In this document: piece after piece, positions 1 to 13,396 of the stretch
Numbering within the stretch: the first letter of the stretch is position 1
Layout of the letters: each line of letters opens with the position of its first letter
NCBI RefSeq assembly: GCF_006345805.1
Contig: NC_043019.1
Location: forward strand, 27,279,360-27,343,359
Reading direction: 5' to 3'
Length of the DNA: 64,000 nt
Source of the DNA: Octopus sinensis
Taxonomy: Eukaryota
Position numbers and translations under genes: made by a program
The notes under the pieces: model-generated
The model's database searches: none
What the model was told of the DNA's origin: nothing
The model's input: the letters and a program-made list of their open reading frames with translations, nothing else

Positions 1-560
1 AAGGCTTGGGGAAGAACTGCCATGAAATGTCCATGGTTTGTTTCTCGATTTCCAAATGTACTTAGAAGTTACTGTGGAGTTTTCTCGTTGGCAATAATTG
101 AATTAGTTATTAAGCTAGTGCAGGAAACTTCTGAAAGCGTGTTCTGCAAGCGCTCTGTAATTTCTTGATGTGTTTCTGATGGTGGGGAAAGACATCAGCA
201 CCGTAGTATACAATGCTTTTCTTTTAGTGATGCTCTTTAGGAGATGACATTCTTATTTATTTAGCAGTTGCATGCCAGCACCATTTGCTTGCAATATTTT
301 TGCATTGTGATTCATAATGACACAAAACATCTTTTCCACATAGCTGCAGTTCATTTTAATGCTGTTTTTATTGAGCACTTAGTAGAATGTTTTGTAACAC
401 ATATGTTGTAAGGTGAGTTATATCATATAACATTTCTGTTGCCTGTGTTTTAGGGTAAGTTGGTAGATAGTGTTGGTGGAATGGTTATTCGTGTCAGTTG
501 CTTGATAGCATGTCTTGTTGAAAGTTGTTTTGTCAGAAAATAATGCATTTAACCTCTCAA
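1..560 (-). mobile_element. Penelope-like element relic (RT-endonuclease linker and GIY-YIG part), heavily decayed
   Basis: Minus-strand fragments RNVI*YNSPYN, LNKNSIKMN, HNAKIL, SIVYYGADV, NSTVTSKYIW, with stops and frameshifts. Confidence 0.7.
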
Positions 561-899
561 TACTTAATAAACATTCACCATGTATACCGCATAGTAGTTT
601 TCTGGCACAACACCAATTCTATCATCCACCACAAAAACAACATTGTTAATAATAGTGGTTTCAAAGGCGGCGAGCTGATAGAATTGTTAGCATGCCAGGC
701 GAAATGCTTAACAGTATTTCGTCTGCCACTATGTTCTGAGTTCAAATTCCACCAAGGTTAACTTTGCCTTTCATCTTTTCAGGGTCGATTAAATAAGTAC
801 CAGTTATGCACTGGGGTCGATGTAATCGACTTAATCCCTTTGTCTGTCCTTGTTTGTCCACTCTATGTTTAGCGCCTTGTGGACAATAAAGAATGAAAT

Positions 900-1620
900 A
901 ATAATGGTTTCATGGAGTTAACGGTATCTTTCATTAGAAAAGGAACTCATATGGGTCCTAATACCTTGTCTTAAAATTTATTGTACTACCTATATAACTT
1001 ATCCAAACCATTCTCCTCTTTAACCATGCATTTATATACTACATTAGTCATGAGACAGAACCCCTTAAGGGGACATATGTCAGGGTCTCTACAATTGCAC
1101 AATTTACCAGATCCATCCTTAACCCTATTATTAATACTGACACTACTACCTAATTGGCTTCCTGCATTTCTTCATATATTTCACTACCAGGGCTTGATGA
1201 GACCAGTGGGAGCAAATGGTTTGTAGTACTCACTACAGGCATGTTTGAGTTAACCAGTTCTATATCAGAGGAATATTTCTTTTGCCATTGTCCATTTAAT
1301 TTGTTCCTATTAATGGACACAATAATAGAGACTAAGTTAGGCATTGCCAAATAGAACTTAATAGAAGACTTATTACAGATACTGTAATATTTATGATCCT
1401 TTGAGAAATTCTCCTTCAGAATCCTAAAGAACATCTTGGGTAAATTTCTAACTGTAAGGGAAAAAGGAAGAGCGAACCATAAAACCTCGCGTATAGACCG
1501 CAAGCTTTTTGTTTTTACTATCGCCCCACTGTCACTATCTGAATTCTGATATTTGTTCCAATATGTATGGCTAGTCGAAGACTTAACTTGATTGCATTCT
1601 AAGTTAATTGAAAACAAAGG
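900..1620 (-). mobile_element. Penelope-like element relic (linker and GIY-YIG endonuclease)
   Basis: ORF 1150..1617 has REVLWFALPFSLTV..NLPKMFFRILKENF..KSSIKFYLAMPNLVSII; downstream minus-strand LCNCRDPDICPLKGFCLMTNVVYKC and LYIGST...THMSSF. Confidence 0.8.
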
Positions 1621-2902
1621 CAGTGTATCTCAACAGAAATCATCATCATCATCATCATCATCATCGTTTAACGTCCGTTTTCCGCGCTAGCACGGGTTGG
1701 ACGGTTCGACCGGGGTCTGGGAAGCCAGAGGCTGCTCCAGTCTGATCTGGCAGAGTTTCTATGGCTGGATGCCCTTCCTAATGCCAACAACTCCGCGAGT
1801 GTAGTGGGTGCTGCACAGGTGCCAGGGGTGGTCCGGCATCGGCCCCAATCGGTACTCAACAGAAATATGGTAACAAAAGGGTTAAAGTGATCTATACTAA
1901 AACTTCCCATCAAAATTTTGTGTTAATTTATGTTCCAACAGCCAGCTTAATGAGTTATTTTACTAAATTCTTCATGATTTTCTAAGTCAATTCAAACAAA
2001 GACAGTGTATTTCAACAGAAATATGGTAACAAAAGGGTTAAATGTAGGTTAAGATTGCAGGAAAATTTGGCTGTTATTTCTAGCAAATCAAGCAACCATG
2101 TGGAGGTTTACCTAATGTCAAGTAGAAATAAAGGTGTACAGCTTCTGCTGTGCGTGTGTGTGTGTGTGTGTGCATCTTGCTAATGACATTTTCCACCTTG
2201 TTATATTAGAACTGTTGACCTAAATGTTACTTTTACTAAATGTTTAATAACTACAACAGCAACAACAACACTAGTTCAACTGCTACCTGTATGTTTACTG
2301 CTACCAATCAACACCTACCACTAGCACCTCTACTATCACCACAACTACTGCCACCACCATCACAATAATTCTCACCACCAACTACTACCACCACCGCTAC
2401 CATTATCACCATCACTACTGCCACCACCACCACCACCACCACCACAATCATCACCAACTACACTGACAATGAGCCAGTAAGAGATCTTCTATGTGGCAGC
2501 TCAGTCTACAACAAATTGGACACATTAGAATGTGTAGTCCTAGATATGCATAAGACAGGAGTGTCACTTTCCATCATAGACCTGTTTGATAGGGACTGAC
2601 CTGGGGCTAAACAACTACTACATTGTGTGAAATTATAGAAATTTAAAATTTTTATTACTTCTTATTTTGAACTTGACAAAGACAGACATACTATTGAAAT
2701 GTTGTTCAACTAATAAAATATCTTACAATCAAATTGCACTCTTCATCTTGATTATTATTATTATTAAGGGGGTGAGCTGGCAGAATTGTTAGCACATTGA
2801 GCAAAATGCTTAGCGACATTTTGTCCATCCTTATGTTCTGAGTTCAACTTTGCCTTTCATCCTTTCGGGATCAATAAATTAAGTACCAGTGAAATACTAG
2901 TA

Positions 2903-3640
2903 ATGAAGTATTTTTTTAATATTAGAAGCACATCTCAGTTATCAAAAATAATTTCTAATCATTACTCTACATTTAGGGATAGGAATAAACGTAACAGTAC
3001 AGGGCTTAGTAAATTAATTTGGGAACTAAAAGACCACAATAAGCAATTTAATTTAGATTGGTTGATTCTCTCAATCTTGATACCTTATGACAAAGGCAAG
3101 GAATTCTGTCTTCTCTGTAATTCTGAAGTATTTTTTATTCTGTTTTCTAAAACTCCCCTTGTAAACACGGTTATAGAACGTGCATACCGATGTAACATTG
3201 GCAGAAACACACCTTTAGTTCATATAAGTGATATCTATCATTATATATAATTTAAACATTAATTTTCTTCTTACATTTCACATTCACTAGATATCTCTTT
3301 TCACAATTCTATATGGTTTCATTTAATATACATATAGTTATATACTTCTCGTTTATTTAGTTTTTCTTTCCTTTATCCCTCCTCTTTCTATAGGCTACCT
3401 TTGACGTTATATCCTATAACATTTTTTTGAAACAATCTTAATGACGTTCAATTAATCACTATACAAATCCATCATTTTCTGTTAAAATGTCTTATTGACG
3501 AGTTTCATTTCTTCACTTCCCTGAAGAGAAGATTACATTGTTTTACACCATTTTATTCCTTTGGAATAATACCAGTGATATCTTCGAAACGTGTCAGAAG
3601 TAAAAGAATTTGAATAACACCTGTGTTTAACTCCATTTAT
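2903..3640 (+). mobile_element. Penelope-like element 3' end (GIY-YIG C-terminus followed by a hammerhead motif)
   Basis: ORF 2903..3250 has NHYSTFR..NSTGLSKLIWELK..W.IL..Y..C.LC.SE..LVN..E..C, followed by a CTGAAGA...GAAAC hammerhead core at 3521..3595. Confidence 0.8.
3511..3605 (+). ncRNA. Minimal type I hammerhead ribozyme motif (Penelope-associated)
   Basis: CTGAAGA 3521-3527; stem II GAAGAT/ATCTTC; GAAA 3586-3589; near-palindromic stem III ACGTGT; GTC cleavage triplet ending 3595; stem I ACTTC/GAAGT with a mismatched first pair. Confidence 0.6.
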
Positions 3641-3798
3641 TTATTTATATATATTATATAAAATATTTCACATAAACCCGAAGTTTCTACCTTTGAAAAC
3701 AAGGAGCTACAACCTTTTTACTTGTGTAATTTTTTGCTACCCTGGTAATTATTTATATATTTTTCCCGCTTAATTGTTAACAAGGGAAAAATACACAC

Positions 3799-3838
<40 letters not shown>

Positions 3839-4424
3839 TCTTTTACTTGTTTCAGTCATTTGACTGTGGCCATGCTGGAGCACCGCCTTTAGTCAAGCAA
3901 ATCGACCCCAGGACTTATTCTTTGTAAGCCTAGTACTTATTTTATCGGTCTCTTTTGCCGAACCGCTATTCTTTCTTTTATTCTGTTATTTGTTTCAGTC
4001 ATTTGACTGCGGTCACGCTGGAGCACTGCCTTTTGTTGAAGAAATCAACACTAGGACTTATTCTTTGTAAGCCTAGTACTTATTCTATCAGTAACTTTTG
4101 CTGAACTGCTAAGTTATGGGGGACATAAACACACCAACATTGTTTGTCAAGCGATGGTAGGGGGGGCGGGGAACAAACATAGATACACAAACATATATAT
4201 ATATATATAGACAGGCTTCTTTCAGTTTCCATCGACCAAATCCACTCATAAGGCTTTATATATAGACAGGCTTGTTTCAGTTTCCATCGACCAAATCCAC
4301 TCATAAGGCTTTGGTCAACCCAAGGCTATAGTAGAAGACACTTGCCCAAGGTGCCACGCAGTGGGACTGAACCCAGAGCCATGTGGTTGGTAAGCAAGCT
4401 TCTTACTACACAACCACTCCTACA

Positions 4425-4468
<44 letters not shown>

Positions 4469-6102
4469 AAGGACAGGTTTTTTTAAAAGGGATCCATGAG
4501 AAAACTCATTTAAATAAAAGGGGTCCTTGGTAGTGAAAAGGTTGGGAACCACTGCTTTAATCAAACATTCCTATGATTGAGAGTATTCCAGCTGTGACCA
4601 TCCTTTCTTTTAAGGGCTACCTTGGACTACATTAGCCAATGTGTCTTACCTACTTAGCATGTCTTGAGCAACCCACTCAACTGTTGTATAAATCATTCAT
4701 CAAAAGGTAGAAGTGGTGGTCGTGGTGGGAGGGAAGAGGTGGACTGCTTTTGTTGGTGAGGGCTGAAGTGATTTGACGTAAGCTTGTTAAACCAGACAAA
4801 TGACTGCAAACCGGTAAATAGAAAGTTTGTGATATATAATGGAGACAGATTTCAAATGTGTCATATCATTAATCTAGTTTATGTTGGGTGTGAATGTGGC
4901 ACAGTAAGATGACACAAAGTGATTATGAAAGGATCCATGATGTACTAGCAGGTGAGGGGGGTGAGAGAAGACATGTTGAATAGTGTTTTTAGTTTGCCAT
5001 CTAGAGCTGAAGAAACTGGGTTATAAATAAACCATCCTCATCATCGTCATTGTTTAATGTCCACTTTTCCCTGCACTCGTGGTTCGGATGGAATTTGTTG
5101 AGGTGGATTTTTTCTGCAGCCGGATGCCCTTGCTGTTGCCAACCCTCACCTGTTTCTAAGTAAGGCAAAGTTTCTCCATGGCCAGACATGTTTTCATGGA
5201 AGACTGAAAATAAACGACACTGCTTGCGTGATGGTGACATTCGTTTACAACAGTCACATAAAATCAAAGCAAACTCACACATACACACTGGGAATTTGTA
5301 GCCCCTGCTTGTAAACTGGTGTGGATTATAATGGGTTCCAGACCCATCAATGTCTGGAAAACTAGAGTTATCTTGTAATATTTATCCTTAGTAAGGCAGC
5401 AAGCTGGCAGAAACGTTAGCATGCCAGCCGGAATGCTTACGCTCTGAGTTCAAATTCTGCTGAGGTCGACTTTTGGGGAGGGGGCAGTCGATTAGATTGA
5501 CCTCAGTATGCAACTAGTACTTAATTTATCAACCCCGAAAGGATGAAAGGCAAAGTCGACCTCGACAGAATTTGAACTCAGAGTGAGCGTAAAGCCAGAC
5601 GAAACCACAGAGATTGAGGTGGGACTGAGTAAAGTGGTTGGTGTTAGGAAGGGCGTCCAGCTGCAGAAACCATGCCACAAAAGACAACTGGGCTCTGGAC
5701 AGCTCTCCGGCTGGCCGGCCGACTCCTTTCAAACTGTCCAACCAATGCTAGCACAGAAAACAGGATGTTAATTAATGGACAATGATGAATGCAAATGTCC
5801 TTTAATATCCCCTTATATGAAACTCATTATTATGAGTAGTAGTAGTAGTAACAATGATAATCCTGTCTTTATTCAGGAGTGCAATAAAAATATTTACATA
5901 TTGTTTTTTAAATGTTATAACAAACTATTGCGCGCGTGTGTGTGTGTGTGTGGAGCATGTGAGTATGTAACTTTAATGGGAAACTATAAAATAAATATTC
6001 TATTTGGCAGCAATGACAAATGATTATGAGTTTATGATATCTACTATATATAAGTGTGTGAGTGATTGTGCTAGATGTAGCAGAATGATGATGATGATGA
6101 TG

Positions 6103-6137
<35 letters not shown>

Positions 6138-6482
6138 CATCATCATCAATATTATTATTATGATTTTACCTCGCAGCCGTGTCTTTATCACTCAAGTGAA
6201 AGAAAAAAAAAAACCTGTATCACCTCATTCCCTTGTCCCACCTCGATCTCTGTGGTTTCAAAAAGTAGGTCAGCACAACATCAGATCACACCCTTCACCA
6301 CAGCTGAAGGTGACTGGTTCAATTAGACAAACACTCAACAGCAGAGAAATTGCCTTGTGGTAATAGTTCATTTACTGTCCTTTTTAATTCTTGGTAAAAT
6401 AAGTCTGGTCAACCAGGACTGACCTGGGGCTAAACGAAAAAACAACAGCAAGGATTGTACCGTTACAGGTGTATGATTATAT

Positions 6483-6895
6483 ACTCTTTACTCTTTTTCT
6501 TGTTTCAGTCATTTGACTGCGGCCATGCTGGAGCATCGCCTTTAGTCAAGCAACTCGACCCCAGGACTTATACTTTGTAAGCCCAGTACTTATTCTATCG
6601 GTCTCTTTTGCCGAACCGCTAAGTGATGGGGACATAAACACACCAGCATCGGTTGTCAAGCAATGCTAGGGGGACAAACACAGACACACAAATATACACG
6701 CACACACATATATATATATATATACATATATACGACAGGCTTCTTTCAGTTTCCGTCTACCAAATCCACTCACAAGGCTTTGGTCGGCCGAGGCTATAGT
6801 AGAAGACACTTGCCCAAGGTGCCACGCAGTGGGACTGAACCCGGAACCATGTGGTTGGTAAGCAAGCTACTTACCACACAGCCACTCCTGCGCCT
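6483..6895 (-). mobile_element. tRNA-derived SINE family B with CORE-like block and internal (TA)n(TG)n; representative of at least 10 copies
   Basis: Head AGGCGCAGGAGTGGCTGTGTGGTAAG..GGGTTCAGTCCC, block CCTTGGGCAAGTGTCTTCT, tail ACTGAAACAAGTAAAAGAGTA. Copies near 3836-4420, 8186-8600, 20204-20535, 25091-25461, 38735-39317, 41297-41707, 45794-46196, 53114-53486, 55377-55761. Confidence 0.9.
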
Positions 6896-6926
6896 ATGTA
6901 TATATATATATATATATATATTTCTA

Positions 6927-6970
<44 letters not shown>

Positions 6971-8908
6971 GAAAGAGAAGAAACTAATTGATGAGTTAGG
7001 ATTAAGAGGAATTGCTTAGGGAGGCTCTAAAGTGGTACTCTATTACTTTAACTCCCTCATACATTGTAGAGTACATTGTGGTACTCTATTGTCTTGATTC
7101 TCATCCACACTGTACCAAATATTTCAAAACTACATCATCATCATCATTATCTTGCATGGGTGAGAGGGAATTTGAGGTGGATTTTCTACTGCTGGATGCT
7201 CTTCCTGTTGCCAATCCTTATCTGTTTCCAAGCAGGGTAATATTCCCCCGTGACCAGACATGGTGACACTTAGATCTGTCACACAATGTCAAGACAAGAA
7301 GACAGAAATGCATACACACACACACGCACACATACACAAAGGTCCTGGAAGGGTAGAAAGACAGAGTATTGCCAGTGGCACAATATAAGAGCATACCTTC
7401 TCATGCAAGTCTGACGAGATGCCACTCTAGTGTTTAAAACCACAAATATGATGTAACTTTCCATCTGGAACTTTGGCATGCAGTGGTTTTAAAAAAGGGT
7501 GCTACAGAAACGATGGTAACTGATCATTGAAGATGAACTAAACTCTTTCTTTGTCATCTTACTTGGATTTAGGAAGGGCATCCAGCTGTAGAAATCACGC
7601 CAAAACAGACAATGGAACATGGTGCAGCTCCCAACCTTACTAGCTCTTGTCATACCATCCAACCTATGCCAGCATGGAAACGGATTTTAAATGATGAAGA
7701 TTATGATTCACAACACACACAATAGGCTTCTTTCAGTTTCTATCTACCAAATCTATCCTCAGGGTTTTGGTCACTTTACCAAGGTGCAACACAGTGAGAT
7801 TGAACCTGAAACCATGCAAATGGGAAGCAAACTTCTTACCACACAGCCATTCCTGGATCTACATTTCAAAGAAACCCTTAACCCTTTAGCCTTTAAACCA
7901 GCCATGCCCAACCAAAATAATCCACCTGTTTTATATCCAAACTAGCCAATAAAATGCTAACATAAGCAATCACACCATTGAAATCTCAGTTACAAGATTA
8001 GGCAGGATTAACTGAAATCAATGTGAATAAATCAGAATTACATTTGACTGAGTAATCTGAATACTGAAGGGTTAACCCTTTAGTGTTCGCATTATTCTGC
8101 CAAAATTAATGCTTTTTTTATTCACATTGTTTTGAACTAATCATGCATTATCTTGTAGCTATGAGATTTTGATGAGGTAGCTCTCTTTTACTCTTTTACT
8201 TGTTTCAGTCATTTGACTGCGGCCATGCTGGAGCACCGCCTTTAGTCGAGCAAATCGACCCCGGGACTTATTCTTTGTAAGCCCAGTACTTATTCTATTG
8301 GTCTCTTTTGCCGAACCGTTAAGTGACGTGGACATAAACACACCAGCATCGGTTATCAAGCAATGCTAGGGGGACAAACACAGACACACAAACATATACA
8401 CACCCATGTACATATATATATATGCGACAGGCTTCTTTCAGTTTCCATCTACCAAATCACTCACAAGGCTTTGGTCGTCCCGAGGCTATAGTAGAAGACA
8501 CTTGCCCAAGGTGCCACACAGTGGGACTGAACCCAGTACCATGTGGTTGGGTAGCAAGCTACTTACCACACAGCCTTGTCTTACCTCTGTTAATTTTTAA
8601 AACGATATTGTAGGGTTGGTGTGAGAGACCAGATCTGGCCAGTTTGAACATAAAACAGGCAGAATACTTTTGGCCGGATATGGACGGTTTAAATGCTAAA
8701 GGGTTAAAACCTGTTAACATCAATTTTGCCATTCATGCCCCTACCACCACCTTGGGGGGGGGGAATAAAATAGGGTACCAGTCTAGTACTGGGGTGAGGG
8801 GTCAATGTACTGAACTAATATCTCTTTCCCTTTTTTCTACAAAAATCAACATTCCTTACTTGAAAATATTTCATTCTAATTTAATCTTTTTCTTTTCTAT
8901 TTCAACAG

Positions 8909-9264
8909 CCATATTCATAAACATAGGAATCCTTATATTGGTAATAAAGACTTCACCAAGCAGCATCCTCACGGGGACATTTCTCTGTGGTCTCAGCTTC
9001 ATCTTGTTCTGCATCGGCGGTGCCTTGTCTTACCACTGTGTCAAACGAATGCCGTCCGGTCGGGACGAGCGAACGAGCAACCACGACCCAAGTGTATCCG
9101 TTATATCGCCACCGCCCTACTGCGACCCGCCGCCTTCATACGAGGAAATCATGGGAGCCCACTACATGGCCGATAACCCAGCCATGGTGGTCGATGCCAA
9201 TATGAGTCCAGAATTTAACAAACATCTTGAAGCCAGTGGTGAATTTCCTTCATCAAGCGAATAA
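8909..9264 (+). CDS. Terminal exon of an unnamed membrane protein with two hydrophobic segments and tandem PY motifs
   Basis: Acceptor ttttctatttcaacag| at 8908 (phase 1); encodes IFINIGILILVI-KTSPSS-ILTGTFLCGLSFILFCIGGALSY, then a tail with PPPY and PPSYEEI; non-repetitive, GC-richer than flanks; upstream exon not located. Confidence 0.7.
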
Positions 9265-11092
9265 AGACAAAAAGAGATATGCATGCAAAATGAATGCATC
9301 TATGTGCATCCATGAACATCCGTGTGCATATTAGTATCTATACATAATATATATATATATACCCACATATACACATGTGTATGTGAGCACATAAATGCTC
9401 ATATGAACATATACACATGATTTCATACATACATATATATAATATATATATATAATATATATATGTATATATATATATCACACACATCCCCACATACCAA
9501 TGTGCACACAATATCAAAGAAACTCTTGACAAACATGAGACCCTCTATGTGTTTGCACAAACTGCTAGAAACAGTAACCAATCTTCCTCGTATCACACCA
9601 TATCATCTGGGAAAGAGAAAATTGATAACCAAAAATGAAACAGGATGGTCATAGCTGGAATGCTTTTCATCATACATCTGATTGATCTAAGCTGATAGAT
9701 CAAACAGCAACAATAGACTAAGATAATATAATAATTATTATTATTATTATTATTATTGAAAAAAAATAATAAGCAAACATTGAACTGCATTTAGAAGAAA
9801 GAGAGTAACACAAAAGACCAAGTCTTCAGTTGTGCAACAACAATGATTGCATGCACATATACACATACACACACAAATATATATATATATATATATAGCC
9901 AGACAGACATACACACAGTGATGAAAAAAGTAATTGAAGTATTCAATATTCACAGAGCTGTGTAGAGAGATATATTATCTGTGTAACAAATGCCAATACC
10001 TAAGTGTAAGAGTCACTCCAGTATGTTCACTGAGAAACCACAGGAACAATTTGCTGTTTATATATATATATATATATATAAAATATACATACATACTCAC
10101 ATACATGTATGTGTGTATTTACATATATTTAAGGATCCAAATTGAGGGAGTGGAGTAGGTAAAATCCAGGCTACATATGTCTCCTAGCTAGGAGATCCTC
10201 TGATGTAATAATTACTCAATGAGGGGTACTCCACTAGCTAATCATCAGGCCAGGGATACCTTAATTATAAGAAGGTTACATTGTTGTTACATTATATCCT
10301 CAATGAGTTAACTTGGGATTCCTTAACGACAGTGTAAGCTTCATACAATTCAGGTAACTTCAACCTGATGAGGAGATAGCTTATTGAGTAATTATTACAT
10401 CAGAGGAATCTGCTAGTGAGGAGACATATGTAGCCTGAATTTTATACCTGATCCACTCCCACAATATGGATCCTCATTTGCATTCATAGCAACCAAAGTT
10501 GCTAACGGTGAGCTATAAAAATTTTTTTTTCACCTTATCAGACTTTGATATGGGAAAAGACATTGACACCAATAAATTTCTGATGTTCCTGAACATTATT
10601 TTATTACACCTACCACAGACTGCTTGAAGCTTAAAAACTTCCTCTGCTTAGATCCTTGGATCTTATAATTACACACACACACACACACACACAAACTTAC
10701 AGGGAAAAATTAGATTAGGATTAAATCCAATTTTATAGTATAGATATAATATATTATATTATATTATATTAAATTAGAGATAAAACCACTATTAGGCAAA
10801 TCAAACAGTGAACAACATAAGCCAATACAAAAAATTTATTTAAAAATATAAAATTTAAAAGATTATTAAAATTTATAAGTATAAATTATTTAAATAATTT
10901 TTTTTAATTTTAACTTTTATATTTTTAAATTAATTTTATGTATTGGCTTATGTTTTTCACTGTTTGATTTGCCTAATAGTGGTTTTATCTCTAATTTAAT
11001 ATAATATAATATAATATATCTATACTATAAAATTGGATTTAATCCTAAATCTAATTTTTCGCTGTAAGTTTGGATTTATTCCCTAATATTAT

Positions 11093-11151
<59 letters not shown>

Positions 11152-11984
11152 TATATTATGTAGTGTGTAGTCGTTGGCTATGGCTGGTGAGAAAGTTACC
11201 TTTGGTTTCGCATCTAGTCTTGCACTTGGCAATACAGGCAACTCATTAGACCTGGCCTGCTGGCCACATATATACTCACATACACACAAACAATGTGTAC
11301 AAACAAAAGACTCGTTACATTCTACAGTGCTTCTATTTTTGACTTAAACAGTGAATGATTCAGTCCTGCATGACTTACACACACACACACACATAACATG
11401 TCTGTAGTCAATTAGTTAAATTTGACGAAACACTGATAGACCAGACATACCTCATATGGGGCATGTCTACTTTTAAGCAATGCAATTCAGTTACTACTTG
11501 GTAATATATATATATATATATATACCGGAGTAAACGCATAAACGTGAAACAAGGTGGAAAAAAGAGTACTCAAATACCAGGGGTAGAGTAATATGCTTTA
11601 TTTAAAAGCAGCAGAAACTCAACAAAACCTGTTACTCAGAGTTTCACGTTCCCAAGTAACAGGTTTTGTTGAATTTCTGCTGCTTTTAAATAAAGTACAT
11701 ATATATATATATATATATATATAATAATTAAGAGAATGAGATAAAAAAAACCAAGGCTATCAATGGTTTTCAGAACATTTATAAAGAGAAAGTCTTATAA
11801 ATGTTCTGAAAACTATTCACAGCTTTGAGTTTTTTTATCTCATTCTGTTAATTATTATATATATGCATGCTAATACACGACCCACGTTGGACTTCTCATT
11901 CACATCATTATCAAACCTGGAGCTTAATTATGGTCTGTCCATAGCACTTACTCAGTGTTACCTGACACCAATACCTCTCATACC

Positions 11985-12015
<31 letters not shown>

Positions 12016-12364
12016 TAATTAAGGATAAAATCAATCAATGATCTTATCAGTGGCCAGCATGTAATAAAAACCACATAGGTAAAAATTAATATAGATATAA
12101 TTAAGGGTACGTGTGCTAATGGAGTATAATTTGAAGTGGTTTTTAGAGTCATTTGACATCTATCTCTAGCATGTAGGTGCTGTTTCTCAGTACCCTTAAT
12201 TATAATTATATCTATATAATTATTATATGTAATTTGAAAATCCAAGAAGTGAGTGGAGATTTATTCACGTCCAAAACTTAATTAAAAAGTTTTTCTACAC
12301 AAAATGTAACAATATATGTATGTGTGTGTGTGTAAACATACATATATATTATATATATATATAG

Positions 12365-12395
<31 letters not shown>

Positions 12396-13314
12396 CATAC
12401 AAATGTATTTTTGAATATTGGTCACAAAAGCAGACATTACTACTTCCAAGATTTACATATGTTTATATGTGTACAGTGTGTGTGTGTATTTGTATGTATG
12501 TATGTATGTATATATAATCTTCCATGTCCTTTTTGATTGTTCATTGTATTTACGTTATGTAAATATACGTGCATATGTATTCTTCGGTATTGTTCAGCTA
12601 TTCTTCATTGTATTTGTATTGTGTAAATATACAAGCACACACACATATATATATATGTATGTTTGTATGAGTAATATATATATATTTGCACACCTTGCAG
12701 AAATACAATGAACAATAAAAAAAGACAGCACAAAGGGAAGAAATTTTAACAAATACAGTGTTAGCCTAACACGTTTGTGGCAACAGAATATATTTCTACA
12801 CACACACACACAAAAACATATATCTACATACATCTATTATGCATTCCCATACGCACATACTCATGCAAATGTACTGTACTTCAGTCCTGCTATAATAGGG
12901 GATATATATATTTTTACTATGAACATTGTCTGTACACATATTTTGGGATCTTTGAGTAATTAAAAGGCTCGTTGCCTGTCCCTTTATTAAAAAGGGAAAG
13001 CATTGGTTGTGGTAGTTTTTGAGTCACTATACGTTTATAGAGCGTGGGCCAAAAGTCATGCAAAACCCTGGAATTGTCAAAGACATGCCGCATTTTTTAA
13101 AAAATTGAATAACATAAATAGAATAGGGATGACTTATAAATGGTGAGCAAAATGAATAATGATAATAATAATAATAATATAAATAAAATGTATGTTTTGG
13201 TGCGTGACTTTTGGCCCACCCTGTATATAATATACACAACAATGTATGTGTCTTTGTACATCATAGTATATGCATGTATACATATTTACACACACGCACA
13301 AACACGCATATATA

Positions 13315-13346
<32 letters not shown>

Positions 13347-13364
13347 ATATATATATGTATATAT

Positions 13365-13396
<32 letters not shown>

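Noticed and set aside
8644-8908. N-terminal 88 aa of ORF 8644..9264
   Set aside because: Starts at TTG within a MITE end and a SINE remnant and runs through a polypyrimidine tract; intronic
10365-10371. CTGATGA as a hammerhead core
   Set aside because: No stem II or GAAA follows; it is part of the fold-back arm
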